A stretch of DNA of 64,000 bases from Promethearchaeota archaeon (GTDB lineage: Archaea; Asgardarchaeota; Lokiarchaeia; Sigyniarchaeales; SOKP01), in contig JAEOTA010000081.1 of the NCBI GenBank assembly GCA_016840085.1, positions 192,001-256,000 of the forward strand, written 5' to 3'. Positions 39,627 through 49,617 of this stretch are shown here, in pieces. The notes under the pieces were generated by a model. It had not been told where the DNA came from and did not search any database. It saw only the letters and a list, made by a program, of their open reading frames with translations. Numbering within the stretch: position 1 is the stretch's first letter; the number at the start of each line of letters is the position of its first letter. The position numbers and the translations under genes were made by a program.

Positions 39627-42317
39627 ATGACTATCAGTGAAAATAAATTTGTCTATGATTTTAGCGAAGGTAATAAGGATTTAAAGAATTTACTCGGTGG
39701 AAAAGGAGCAAACCTGGCTGAAATGACAAAATTAGGTTTAAACATCCCACCAGGATTCACAATTACAACTGAAGCTTGCTTGTTATATTTCAGTGATCCT
39801 AAAGGTATGATGGAAAAACTAAAACCAACTGTGATGAAATATTTAAAAGCATTAGAGGAAAACACAGGAAAGGAATTTGGAGACAATAAAAACCCTCTTT
39901 TGGTAAGTGTACGAAGCGGGGCGCCGCAGAGCATGCCTGGAATGATGGACACAGTTCTGAACTTAGGATTAAACGACCAGAGTGTATTGGGCTTAGCAGA
40001 ACAAACTGAAAATCCACGTTTTGCTTATGACAGTTACAGACGCTTTATTCAGATGTTTGGGGACGTAGTAATGGGGATTGGGGATGAAAAATTCGAAAGG
40101 ATATTAAATAAATATAAAAGAACGATCGGGAGGAATGCCCAAGATACTGATTTAGGGGTTATGGATTTACAAAAAGTAATTGCTGATTATAAAGCATTAT
40201 ATGAAAAAGAAATTGGTTCAGCATTCCCTCAAGATCCGTTTGAACAATTATTTCTAGCAATTGAAGCAGTATTCAAATCTTGGAATAATAGGCGAGCAAT
40301 TACTTATAGAAAGATTAACAATATTCCTGATTTTGGAACAGCTGTTAATATTCAAGCAATGGCATTTGGTAATAAAGGATGGAATTCTGCTACAGGTGTT
40401 GTTTTTACAAGAGATCCTTCAACTGGAGAAAATAGAAAGTTTGGTGAGTATTTAACAAACGCGCAAGGGGAGGATGTTGTTGCGGGTATAAGGACTCCAA
40501 AAAAATTTGAAGATATGAAGGAAGAGTTTCCAGAGATTTATTCAGAATTATTGGGAACTATGGAAAAATTAGAAAAACACTATAGAGATATGCAAGATAT
40601 TGAATTTACAATTGAAGATGGGAAACTCAATATTTTGCAAACTAGAAATGGGAAACGTACACCTTCAGCAGAAGTAAAAATAGCTGTTGATATGGTTAAA
40701 GAAGGATTAATTACAAAAGAAAAAGCACTATTAGGGGTAGATCCAAAAAAAGTATCTAAATTATTATTTAAAAGTATAGATGAGAATTCTATAGTGCATG
40801 TACTCGCTCATGGAATTAATGCGTCCCCTGGTGCAGTTTCTGGGATTGCGATTTTTGATCCAGATACAGCAGAAGAATTAGCAAATCAAGGTCAAAAAGA
40901 AATAATTTTAGTTAGACCACAAACAAAACCAGATGATGTTCATGGTTTATATGCAGCTAGTGGAGTTTTAACGCAATTTGGTGGAAAAACATCTCATGCA
41001 GCAGTTGTTGCAAGAGGGATGGGAAAACCCGCGGTTGTAGGATGTTCTGATATAGAGATTTACGAAGAGGAAAAGGAATTTAGAGTTGCGGACATGGTTG
41101 TTAGAGAGGGTGATTATATAACAATAGATGGAACCACTGGACGTGTTATCGAAGGAAAAGTTCCTTTAATTGAGCCTGAAATTAAAGGAGAATTCCTAGA
41201 GTTATTAGAAATTGCTGATAAGCTAAAAACTCTCGGAGTTAGAGCTAATGCAGATACTCCTGCCGATGCTCTAAAAGCATTAGAATTTGGAGCAGAAGGG
41301 ATAGGACTGTGTAGAACTGAACATATGTTTATGGCACAAGATAGGTTACCGGTGGTGCAAAAGATGATAATGGCAAGGACGTTAGAAGAACGTCAAGATG
41401 CGCTTAATAAAATTTTACCGATGCAGAAAGGTGATTTTCTTGAAATATTTAAAATCATGGAAGGAAAGCCAGTAACCATTAGATTATTAGATCCTCCATT
41501 ACATGAATTTCTACCTGAATTAACCACGGTTCAATTAGAAAGCCAAGAACTAAAAATGACAAATGCGTTATCAAGATCATTACTTAATATTAGTCCATTA
41601 GATAATGAAATCACTGAAAAGAAAAAGGTTATTAGCTTAATCAGATCACTTTCGGAAGAAAATCCTATGATGGGACTAAGAGGTTGTAGATTAGGAATTG
41701 TGTGGCCTGAAATCAATGAAATGCAGGTTAAAGCAATGTTTCAAGCTGCCTGTGAATTAAAACAACAAGGTATAAATGTTATTCCAGAGGTGATGATTCC
41801 CCTTGTAGGGATGATCTCTGAATTACAATTCGTGAAAGCTCAATTAATGCAGGTCGCTTTAGAAACAATAAATGAATATAATGTAGATCTTGAATATAAG
41901 TTTGGTACAATGATAGAAATACCAAGAGCAGCTTTAACTGCTGATGAAATTGCGATTGAAGCAGAATTCTTTTCATTTGGAACTAACGATCTAACACAGA
42001 TGACGTTTGGTTTTTCTCGTGATGATGCTGAAGGTAAGTTCCTACCTATCTACTTAAATAAAGAAATATTAGAAAATAATCCATTTGAGATTCTTGACCA
42101 AGAGGGCGTTGGAAAACTAATGAAAATGGCTATCGAGCTTGGTAGAAAGACAAGACCAGATTTAAAGACAGGTATTTGTGGAGAACACGGTGGCGAACCC
42201 AGTTCTATTAAATTTGCTCATTTAATTGGCTTAGATTACGTTTCTTGTTCTCCTTTTAGAATCCCAGTTGCTAGAATTGCAGCAGCACAAGCTTCAATTG
42301 AAAATAAGAAAGCCTAG
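39627..42317 (+). CDS. ppdK: Pyruvate, phosphate dikinase
   Basis: LGGKGANLAEM, SMPGMMDTVLN, GGKTSHAAVVAR (phospho-His), GICGEHGG. Confidence 0.97.
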   Translation: MTISENKFVYDFSEGNKDLKNLLGGKGANLAEMTKLGLNIPPGFTITTEACLLYFSDPKGMMEKLKPTVMKYLKALEENTGKEFGDNKNPLLVSVRSGAPQSMPGMMDTVLNLGLNDQSVLGLAEQTENPRFAYDSYRRFIQMFGDVVMGIGDEKFERILNKYKRTIGRNAQDTDLGVMDLQKVIADYKALYEKEIGSAFPQDPFEQLFLAIEAVFKSWNNRRAITYRKINNIPDFGTAVNIQAMAFGNKGWNSATGVVFTRDPSTGENRKFGEYLTNAQGEDVVAGIRTPKKFEDMKEEFPEIYSELLGTMEKLEKHYRDMQDIEFTIEDGKLNILQTRNGKRTPSAEVKIAVDMVKEGLITKEKALLGVDPKKVSKLLFKSIDENSIVHVLAHGINASPGAVSGIAIFDPDTAEELANQGQKEIILVRPQTKPDDVHGLYAASGVLTQFGGKTSHAAVVARGMGKPAVVGCSDIEIYEEEKEFRVADMVVREGDYITIDGTTGRVIEGKVPLIEPEIKGEFLELLEIADKLKTLGVRANADTPADALKALEFGAEGIGLCRTEHMFMAQDRLPVVQKMIMARTLEERQDALNKILPMQKGDFLEIFKIMEGKPVTIRLLDPPLHEFLPELTTVQLESQELKMTNALSRSLLNISPLDNEITEKKKVISLIRSLSEENPMMGLRGCRLGIVWPEINEMQVKAMFQAACELKQQGINVIPEVMIPLVGMISELQFVKAQLMQVALETINEYNVDLEYKFGTMIEIPRAALTADEIAIEAEFFSFGTNDLTQMTFGFSRDDAEGKFLPIYLNKEILENNPFEILDQEGVGKLMKMAIELGRKTRPDLKTGICGEHGGEPSSIKFAHLIGLDYVSCSPFRIPVARIAAAQASIENKKA

Positions 42318-42443
42318 ATCCTTTTTTAATCTATTATCTTTAATTTTGTATCAAGCAAATATTAGGATAAATATACTCTTTGTATTTTTAAATCCGTAAA
42401 TGTTATATCAATTAATTTATTTACTAATTTATATAATATTAAA

Positions 42444-43559
42444 GTGAATGATAATATGCCTTTAACTTTAGATGAAAAGATTGCTCTATTAAAAGAAGTT
42501 GGAGAAGAAATCATTGAATTAAATGAATTAAAAGAAATGATTCAATGGAAAATTGATCATAATGAGGAAATCTATGCTTATGATGGATTTGAACCTTCTG
42601 GAGTGTTGACCATCGCTCAAGGGCTTTTAAGAGCAATTAATGTTAATAAAATTACTAAAGCAGGGATCAAATTCAAATTTTTAGTAGCCGATTGGCACGC
42701 TGCTGCCAATTTAAAATTTGGGGGGGATTTAGCAGTTATCAAGAAAGTAGGAGATTTCTTGATTGAAACATGGAAAGTATGTAATATGGATTTAAGCAAT
42801 GTTGAATTTATTTATGCTTCTGATCTAGTAAAAGAATCTTCATATTGGGAATTGGTATTAAAAATAGCTATTAATAGTTCCTTAAACAGAGTTAAAAGAT
42901 GTACTCAAATAATGGGAAGAAGTGAGTCAGAAAAGCTTTCTGCTTCACAAATTCTTTATCCTTTAATGCAAGCAGCAGATATTTTCTATCTTCCTGCAGA
43001 TATATGCCAACTAGGAATGGATCAAAGAAAAGTAAATATGTTAGCAAGAGAGCTTGCAAAAAGGTTGGATAGACCAAAACCTGTTGCAATTCATCATCAT
43101 ATGTTAATGGGATTATATAAACCACCTGCTACTGATTTGAACGGAATAGAAAGAACAATAGAAATCAAAATGTCAAAATCGGACCCAGATTCAGCTGTTT
43201 TTATGTTAGATTCTCCAGATGATGTAAAACGCAAAGTAAATAAGGCATATTGTCCTCCTAAACAAGTTGTTGAAAATCCTGTCCTGGAATATTGCAAATA
43301 TATAATTTTCGAGCTTGTTGATGTTTTTAAAGTCGAGAGACCTGAAAAATATGGTGGTAATGTTGAATATCTCTCATATGAGGAGCTGGAAAAAGATTAC
43401 CATGAAGGAAAGTTGAATCCACCCGATTTGAAACCAGCAGTAATATATTATTTAAACCAATTATTAAAACCAGTAATAGAACATTTTGAAAAAGATGAAA
43501 ATGCCCATAAATTATATGAATTTGTCCAAGCAGAATATAAAAAACATAGAACTAACTAA
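42444..43559 (+). CDS. tyrS: Tyrosine--tRNA ligase (plant/protist-like clade)
   Basis: YDGFEPSG, ADW, YPLMQAADI, QLGMDQRKVN, KMSKS, KAYCPP. Confidence 0.95.
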   Translation: MNDNMPLTLDEKIALLKEVGEEIIELNELKEMIQWKIDHNEEIYAYDGFEPSGVLTIAQGLLRAINVNKITKAGIKFKFLVADWHAAANLKFGGDLAVIKKVGDFLIETWKVCNMDLSNVEFIYASDLVKESSYWELVLKIAINSSLNRVKRCTQIMGRSESEKLSASQILYPLMQAADIFYLPADICQLGMDQRKVNMLARELAKRLDRPKPVAIHHHMLMGLYKPPATDLNGIERTIEIKMSKSDPDSAVFMLDSPDDVKRKVNKAYCPPKQVVENPVLEYCKYIIFELVDVFKVERPEKYGGNVEYLSYEELEKDYHEGKLNPPDLKPAVIYYLNQLLKPVIEHFEKDENAHKLYEFVQAEYKKHRTN

Positions 43560-43581
43560 AAAACAGAAGAGGAGTATTAAA

Positions 43582-45048
43582 ATGTCAGATAATCATGTAG
43601 TTGATATATTTTTGAATCCAAAATCAGTAGCAGTAATTGGAGCATCAAAAAACCCTATGAAGGGTGGATATCGTATTATAAATAATCTAATCGTCAACAA
43701 TTATAAAGGAAAGATCTTTCCTGTGAATCCTAACTCAGATGGTGAAGTTTTCAATTTAAAATTTAAGAAATCAATATTAGAAATTGAAGAAGAAGTCGAT
43801 TTAGCAATTTTTTATGTAGCTAACCGGATTATTCCAGAAATATTAAGAGATTGTATCAATAAACGTGTTAAAGCAGCACTTATTGAAACGTCAGGATTTG
43901 AAGAAGTGGGGGAAAAAGGACTTAAATTGAGAGATGAAATATTGAAAATAACAGATAGTTTTTCTAAGATACGGATTGTAGGTCCGAATTGTATGGGTCT
44001 CACAAAGATTGATGGAGATAGTGATAGTGAAGAAAGAGGTGGATTTTTTTCAGGTTTTGGTGTTTTTAATAAATATCGACGAGGAAACATAGCAATTATA
44101 ACTCAATCAGGAATGTTAAATGGAGGATATCTAATGAACCTGATGCGAAATTACCCTGATTTAGGAATTAGATATTCATGTTCAATAGGTAATAAAATGG
44201 ATTTAAGTGAAATAGAATTTTTGGAGTACTTTCTTGATGATCCTACTGTAAATGTTATAGCTTTGTATCTTGAATCTTTTAAAGATCCTCGGAAATTTAT
44301 TGAATTATGTAAGAAAACGAAAAAAATTCCTAATAAAACAATTATATTATTAAAAGGCGGAATCACACCTTTAGGGCAAAAAGCTTCTTTAAGTCATACA
44401 GGTTCGCTAGCAGAAAGTAATCAACTAATCAATGCTATAATTAAACAATCAGGTATAATTCAAGCAGAAAATTTGCACGATTTATTTCAATACACCAGAA
44501 CCTTTTCAATGATATATAAATCTGGAAAAAAATTACCTACATATGGTAAAGTATCTATGATGGCAGGATCTGGTGGAGCTGGCACTATTTCTGCTGATCT
44601 AACAATGAAATATGGATTAACCTTTCCAATTATGGGAGAAAAGACATATCAGGTTTTGAAAGATCTCTATCCTGAATGGATGCCTCCAAATCGATTCGCA
44701 CTTCTAGATTTATGGCCAACATTTGAAAAAGCGATGATGAACAACATCAGTCAAAAAGATGTAATGACAAAGATTTGGAAAGCAGTATTAGATGATCCTA
44801 AAATTGAAGGAGTCTTTAATATGATGTTCGTATCAAAGCGATTTAGTAATAGGTATGATGTTGAAGAAATGACACAGTATAAAACAGATAAGATAATATT
44901 TATGTGGATGGTTGGTGATATTCACGGAGTTCAGCGTATGACAAAATTATTTAATAAAAATAATATCCCTACTTTTCCGTCATTAGAAGAGATGATAAAA
45001 AATTTCTCAATATTAGTTCAAGAGTCAAAAAGTAAAAGTAAAAAATAA
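43582..45048 (+). CDS. ADP-forming acyl-CoA synthetase alpha subunit (CoA-binding)
   Basis: PKSVAVIGAS, IVGPNCMG, TQSG, SIGNKMD, ASLSHTGSLA (phospho-His). AGGAG SD before ATG 43582. Confidence 0.88.
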   Translation: MSDNHVVDIFLNPKSVAVIGASKNPMKGGYRIINNLIVNNYKGKIFPVNPNSDGEVFNLKFKKSILEIEEEVDLAIFYVANRIIPEILRDCINKRVKAALIETSGFEEVGEKGLKLRDEILKITDSFSKIRIVGPNCMGLTKIDGDSDSEERGGFFSGFGVFNKYRRGNIAIITQSGMLNGGYLMNLMRNYPDLGIRYSCSIGNKMDLSEIEFLEYFLDDPTVNVIALYLESFKDPRKFIELCKKTKKIPNKTIILLKGGITPLGQKASLSHTGSLAESNQLINAIIKQSGIIQAENLHDLFQYTRTFSMIYKSGKKLPTYGKVSMMAGSGGAGTISADLTMKYGLTFPIMGEKTYQVLKDLYPEWMPPNRFALLDLWPTFEKAMMNNISQKDVMTKIWKAVLDDPKIEGVFNMMFVSKRFSNRYDVEEMTQYKTDKIIFMWMVGDIHGVQRMTKLFNKNNIPTFPSLEEMIKNFSILVQESKSKSKK

Positions 45049-45063
45049 TACGGTTATAATACT

Positions 45064-45687
45064 ATGCGAATCTTATGCATTGGGGATTCACATATACCTA
45101 ATAGAGCTAAAGATCTCCCTGAACAAATATATAATAAATTAAATGATTTATCTAAAGAAGAATTATTTGATTATACTTTCTTTACTGGAGATATAATTAA
45201 TTATCCCGAGTTAATAGACTATTTGAAATTAAAAACTAAAAATAGTTTGTTTATAGTTATAGGAAACATGGATTATTATTATGGAAATCGAGATTCTCCC
45301 ATGTATCAAGAATTAGATATCTTTTTTGAAGATACTTCTAAATTAATTATAGGTTTAACTCACGGAGCAAAAATAAAACCAAGGGGAAATCAAACTCAAT
45401 TAGAAAAACTTGCTATTGAAAATAAATATCAAATATTAGTATCTGGTCACACTCATAAGGAAGAAATTGTTCTTACAAAAAAGGGTATTTTGCTAATCAA
45501 TCCTGGAAGTGTTACAGGTGCATGGTCTTTTCTAGCAACTGGTAATCCTTCCTTTGTAGAATTATACATCAATAAAAACACAAAAGAAATTGAAGTAAAT
45601 TTATTTCAAAAACAAAAGCAAACAAGGGAGATTAAACATTTCAAATATAATTACATCCTGAAGAATGATAAGATTCAAAATAAATAA
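45064..45687 (+). CDS. Vps29-like / MJ0936-family metallophosphoesterase
   Basis: IGDSHIPNRA, FTGD, GNMD, THG, LVSGHTH, INPGSVTGAW, PSF. Confidence 0.85.
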   Translation: MRILCIGDSHIPNRAKDLPEQIYNKLNDLSKEELFDYTFFTGDIINYPELIDYLKLKTKNSLFIVIGNMDYYYGNRDSPMYQELDIFFEDTSKLIIGLTHGAKIKPRGNQTQLEKLAIENKYQILVSGHTHKEEIVLTKKGILLINPGSVTGAWSFLATGNPSFVELYINKNTKEIEVNLFQKQKQTREIKHFKYNYILKNDKIQNK

Positions 45688-45774
45688 TAGAATGTTCTTG
45701 TCTTCTGTTTAAACTAAATTTCTTTTTTTAACTCAACAATATATGCTGAGTAATAATGAATTGCTAATATGTTT

Positions 45775-46182
45775 TTAATCCAAAACAATAATTTTGGGGA
45801 GTTTTAATCGCATACCAAGATTGTACTTGCCATCTGAGCCTTTTGAAAACCTTAATTTATTATATCCAAACCTATTCTTTTTAAATAACATATGAAGTGT
45901 TGAATTTTCTCCATTTGCAAAAAATAATAAATCTTCTGGAGTAATCATAACTTCCAAGTCATATTCCTCCAATTTTCCGCTTTTCATATTAAAACTTCCT
46001 TCTTCTGCTATTAAACTTAACCAAAAGTAAAGGTCTTCTTCAATTTGTAATCCTAAATTTATCTTTGCTTTAAAATTATTCAATAATTTTACATTATTAG
46101 AATTCTTTCTCTTATCCTTTATTATGCTTTCAATTGTTTGTTGAAAGGTAATAAAGAGATTTTCTTTTTCTTCTTCTTTCAT
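45775..46182 (-). CDS. Hypothetical protein, SCP2-like fold possible
   Basis: 135 aa ORF. The GKLEEYDLEVMITPEDLLFFANG pattern resembles SCP2 domains. Confidence 0.55.
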   Translation of the reverse strand: MKEEEKENLFITFQQTIESIIKDKRKNSNNVKLLNNFKAKINLGLQIEEDLYFWLSLIAEEGSFNMKSGKLEEYDLEVMITPEDLLFFANGENSTLHMLFKKNRFGYNKLRFSKGSDGKYNLGMRLKLPKIIVLD

Positions 46183-46366
46183 TTTCTCTCTAGCTTATAT
46201 TATATATTTTGAATATATCCCCTTATATTCGTTTTTAAATCAAACAAATAATATTTGATATATTATTTATTAAATTTAATAAAAAAATAAATATTATTTA
46301 CAATTTAAAGAATTATTTTTATTGTTTTAAATCTAAAATTATTGAAATTAAAGGTGAAAAATGTAA

Positions 46367-47566
46367 ATGTGGTATTTTTATAGCCCTAACATAATATTTG
46401 GTGAAGAAGCTTTAGATTTTTTTGAAAATATAAGGGGAAAAAAATGTTTTATCGTTACTGATAAAATTATTGAGGATTTAGGACTTTTAAGAATCTTAAC
46501 TGAAAAGTTAGACAAATGTCAAAGGGTGTATACAGTTTTTAACGAAGTACTTCCAGATCCAAGAGAAGAAAGTGTTTTAAAAGCTAGAGAAATGTGTATT
46601 GATTATTCACCTGATTTAATTATTGCACTAGGAGGTGGTTCTGTTATAGATACTGCAAAAGCAGTTTGGTGTCTATATGAATTTCCAGAATATACTCTTG
46701 ATGATATTCAAGTTAATAACAATGAATTATATGCAATGGGCAAAAAGTCAAAATTAATTGCGATCCCTACTACTTCTGGAACAGGAGCTGAAACAACAAA
46801 TGTTGCAGTTATATCAAGATATGAGTATAATGTGTGGAGAAAACTTTTTTGCATGCATAAAGGTCTAGTCCCTACTTATGCCATTGTTGACCCAATATTT
46901 CCTAAAAAAATGCCTCCTAAATTAACAATATATACTGCTTTTGATGCTTTAGCACATTCGGTTGAAGGGTTGGTAACTCTCTGGAGAAATGAATTCAGTA
47001 ATGCTTTATGCTTAAAAGCTATAGAGCTTATATTTAAATATTTGCCAATAACTTATAATAATGGAGAAAATGAGGAAGCAAGGGATTATATGCATCAAGC
47101 AGCGAGCATATCGGGATTAGCTTTTGGAAATGCTCAAGTTATACTTGCACACACGTTAGGTCATAGCTTTGGCTCTATTTTTCATATTTCACATGGTGAA
47201 GCATGTGGTATTTCTCTTCCTTACGCTGTACAATATGTTTTAAATGATCCTGAAGGAGCGGCAGATACAATAAAGATTTATGCTAAATTAGCAAAACAGT
47301 TAGGTTGGGCTAAATGGAATGAAGAAAATAAAAAGGCAGCTTATAAAGTAGTAGAAAGGATTAAAGAACTCCAAAAAGAAGTTAATTTTCCTACAAAGCT
47401 TAAAGAAACAGGTGTTTCAGAAGAAGATTTTGAAAAATATCTTAAAACGTTAATTTTATTATGCTTTCAAGATTCTACTGGCGTATTAGGCCCAAGAGCT
47501 CCAAGTAAGGACGAATTTGAAAGACTATTTAGGTATGCATATGAAGGGAAAGATATTGATTTTTAG
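46367..47566 (+). CDS. Iron-containing alcohol dehydrogenase
   Basis: ALGGGSVID, IPTTSGTGAE, DALAHSVEG, HTLGH, HGEAC. Confidence 0.93.
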   Translation: MWYFYSPNIIFGEEALDFFENIRGKKCFIVTDKIIEDLGLLRILTEKLDKCQRVYTVFNEVLPDPREESVLKAREMCIDYSPDLIIALGGGSVIDTAKAVWCLYEFPEYTLDDIQVNNNELYAMGKKSKLIAIPTTSGTGAETTNVAVISRYEYNVWRKLFCMHKGLVPTYAIVDPIFPKKMPPKLTIYTAFDALAHSVEGLVTLWRNEFSNALCLKAIELIFKYLPITYNNGENEEARDYMHQAASISGLAFGNAQVILAHTLGHSFGSIFHISHGEACGISLPYAVQYVLNDPEGAADTIKIYAKLAKQLGWAKWNEENKKAAYKVVERIKELQKEVNFPTKLKETGVSEEDFEKYLKTLILLCFQDSTGVLGPRAPSKDEFERLFRYAYEGKDIDF

Positions 47567-47738
47567 TTTAAATTTTTATTTTTTATTTTCTTAAAAAATT
47601 CATTTTTCAATAATCAAATTTCTTATTTGTTTCGTCAAACAGTAATTATGTTAAACATAAATATTACGATATGATATTATCTTTTTAAAGAATTCTTAAA
47701 ATTATTTTTACTAAGAAATTATTACAATAGTAAATGAC

Positions 47739-49472
47739 ATGACAATTCCTGAAAATGAAAAAGAAACTCTTGAGTTATTGGAGAAACATATAGGAAAGTC
47801 AATATGGGAAGTAACAGAATTGGAACGTTATAGATTTGGTTACTATGTACAAAATGATCATATTATTGGTTTATCTCTTTTTTCTTGTGGGTTATCTACT
47901 ATTCCTGAAGAGATAAAGTCATTTTCTTCACTTAAAGAATTCTATTTAAGAGGAAATAATTTAAGATCGATTCCAGAAGAATTATGTGCTCTATCTTCAC
48001 TGGAAATATTAGATTTAAGTGAAAATCATTTATCAAAATTACCAGATTTCATTAATTTGTTATCTAATCTTAGAGAATTGGATTTAGAATCAAATAATTT
48101 AGCGGATATACCTGAAACAATGGGAAATATTTCATCTCTTGAACTTTTAGACTTAAGTGAAAATGAAATTATAGAGATACCATATTCTTTAGGAAATTTA
48201 ATAAATTTAAAGACTTTAGATCTAAGTGGAAATAATATTGATTCTCTTCCAGATTCAATTGGTTCACTAAGATCCTTAGAAATATTATATTTAGGAAATA
48301 ATAAGTTAAATACATTTCCTGAGTCAATTGGTTCATTAACATCATTGAAAAGATTGAATTTAAGAAATAATCGTATAAAAACACTGCCAGAAAGTATAGG
48401 CGATTTATCATTATTAAGTTCTTTTTTCTTAAAAGGAAACAGTCTAGAAAGCCTTCCTAATTCAATAGGGAAATTAAATAATTTGATATATTTAGGCTTT
48501 ACATCAAATAGACTAACTTCTCTTCCTGAAAGTATTGGTTCTCTTACCTCATTAGAAAATTTAAGTGTTTCCTCGAATAATTTAATTAAACTTCCCAATT
48601 CAATAGGTTCTCTTACATCTTTATTAAGATTAGAAATCTCAGACAATAAGTTAAAAAATTTACCAGATTCAATTGGAGAATTATCGTCTCTTCAAATATT
48701 ACGATGTGACCGCAATCAATTAACAGAGATCCCAGACTCAATAGGAGAACTAGAAAAATTAGAAATTTTAATACTTGAAATAAATAATTTAAGAAAGTTA
48801 CCTGAATCAATAAACCAATTGAAGTCTCTTAGAGAATTAAATCTATATGACAATAAAATTGAAACTTTAACAGAATCTATAGGTGATCTTCCATCATTAG
48901 AAATATTGGATTTGGAAAAAAATGAATTGAAGGAACTCCCAGAGTCTATAGGTTCACTTGGTTCACTTTTAGAGCTGGATATATCTACAAATAAATTAGA
49001 AAGTGTCCCCCAAACTATTGGTTCACTTCCTTTAATAAAAAACTTAATGCTTGGGTTCAATAAACTAAAAATCATACCAAAATCTTTAGGATTCCTTACA
49101 TCGCTTGAAATCTTAGATTTAGGAAAAAATAATTTAATAGAAATTCCCGAAACCATAGGTTCTCTTACGTCACTAAAACATTTATATTTATATTACAATG
49201 AAATCGAAAATATTCCAGAATCAATCGGTTCATTGAATTCTTTAAAATATCTATATTTAGGTAATAATAGATTGAATGCACTTCCAGAATCAATAAGATA
49301 TCTTAAAAACTTAAAATATTTGTTTTTAAGGACAAATAATCTGACAAAATTGCCAGAATCATTAGAAGCATTACCATCTCTTCAATATTTAAATATCGAA
49401 AAAAATAATCTAAAAGGATACTTAGACTTGTTAGATAAATTAGAAATAAAAGGTATTAAAATTTTAAAATAA
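47739..49472 (+). CDS. Leucine-rich repeat protein (~22 tandem 23-aa LRRs)
   Basis: Repeated LPESIGSLxSLxxLxLxxNxL units. Confidence 0.95.
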   Translation: MTIPENEKETLELLEKHIGKSIWEVTELERYRFGYYVQNDHIIGLSLFSCGLSTIPEEIKSFSSLKEFYLRGNNLRSIPEELCALSSLEILDLSENHLSKLPDFINLLSNLRELDLESNNLADIPETMGNISSLELLDLSENEIIEIPYSLGNLINLKTLDLSGNNIDSLPDSIGSLRSLEILYLGNNKLNTFPESIGSLTSLKRLNLRNNRIKTLPESIGDLSLLSSFFLKGNSLESLPNSIGKLNNLIYLGFTSNRLTSLPESIGSLTSLENLSVSSNNLIKLPNSIGSLTSLLRLEISDNKLKNLPDSIGELSSLQILRCDRNQLTEIPDSIGELEKLEILILEINNLRKLPESINQLKSLRELNLYDNKIETLTESIGDLPSLEILDLEKNELKELPESIGSLGSLLELDISTNKLESVPQTIGSLPLIKNLMLGFNKLKIIPKSLGFLTSLEILDLGKNNLIEIPETIGSLTSLKHLYLYYNEIENIPESIGSLNSLKYLYLGNNRLNALPESIRYLKNLKYLFLRTNNLTKLPESLEALPSLQYLNIEKNNLKGYLDLLDKLEIKGIKILK

Positions 49473-49617
49473 TAAAATCTATCTTATAAGATCTCTGTAT
49501 TTTATTTTTAAAACTATTATCTTAGTTTAAACTACTATTTTATTATTAGTAATTATTTTACTGCACGATATTCCTTATAGGTTTAGTAATTTTAAAACAA
49601 TATAATTTAAATATTAA

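Noticed and set aside
48026-49156. Long antisense ORFs with periodic sequence inside the LRR gene
   Set aside because: They are shadow frames produced by the 69-bp coding periodicity.
47950-49400. Periodic DNA repeats as a possible CRISPR array or DGR
   Set aside because: The repeats are degenerate and codon-phased. There are no spacers, cas genes or reverse transcriptase.
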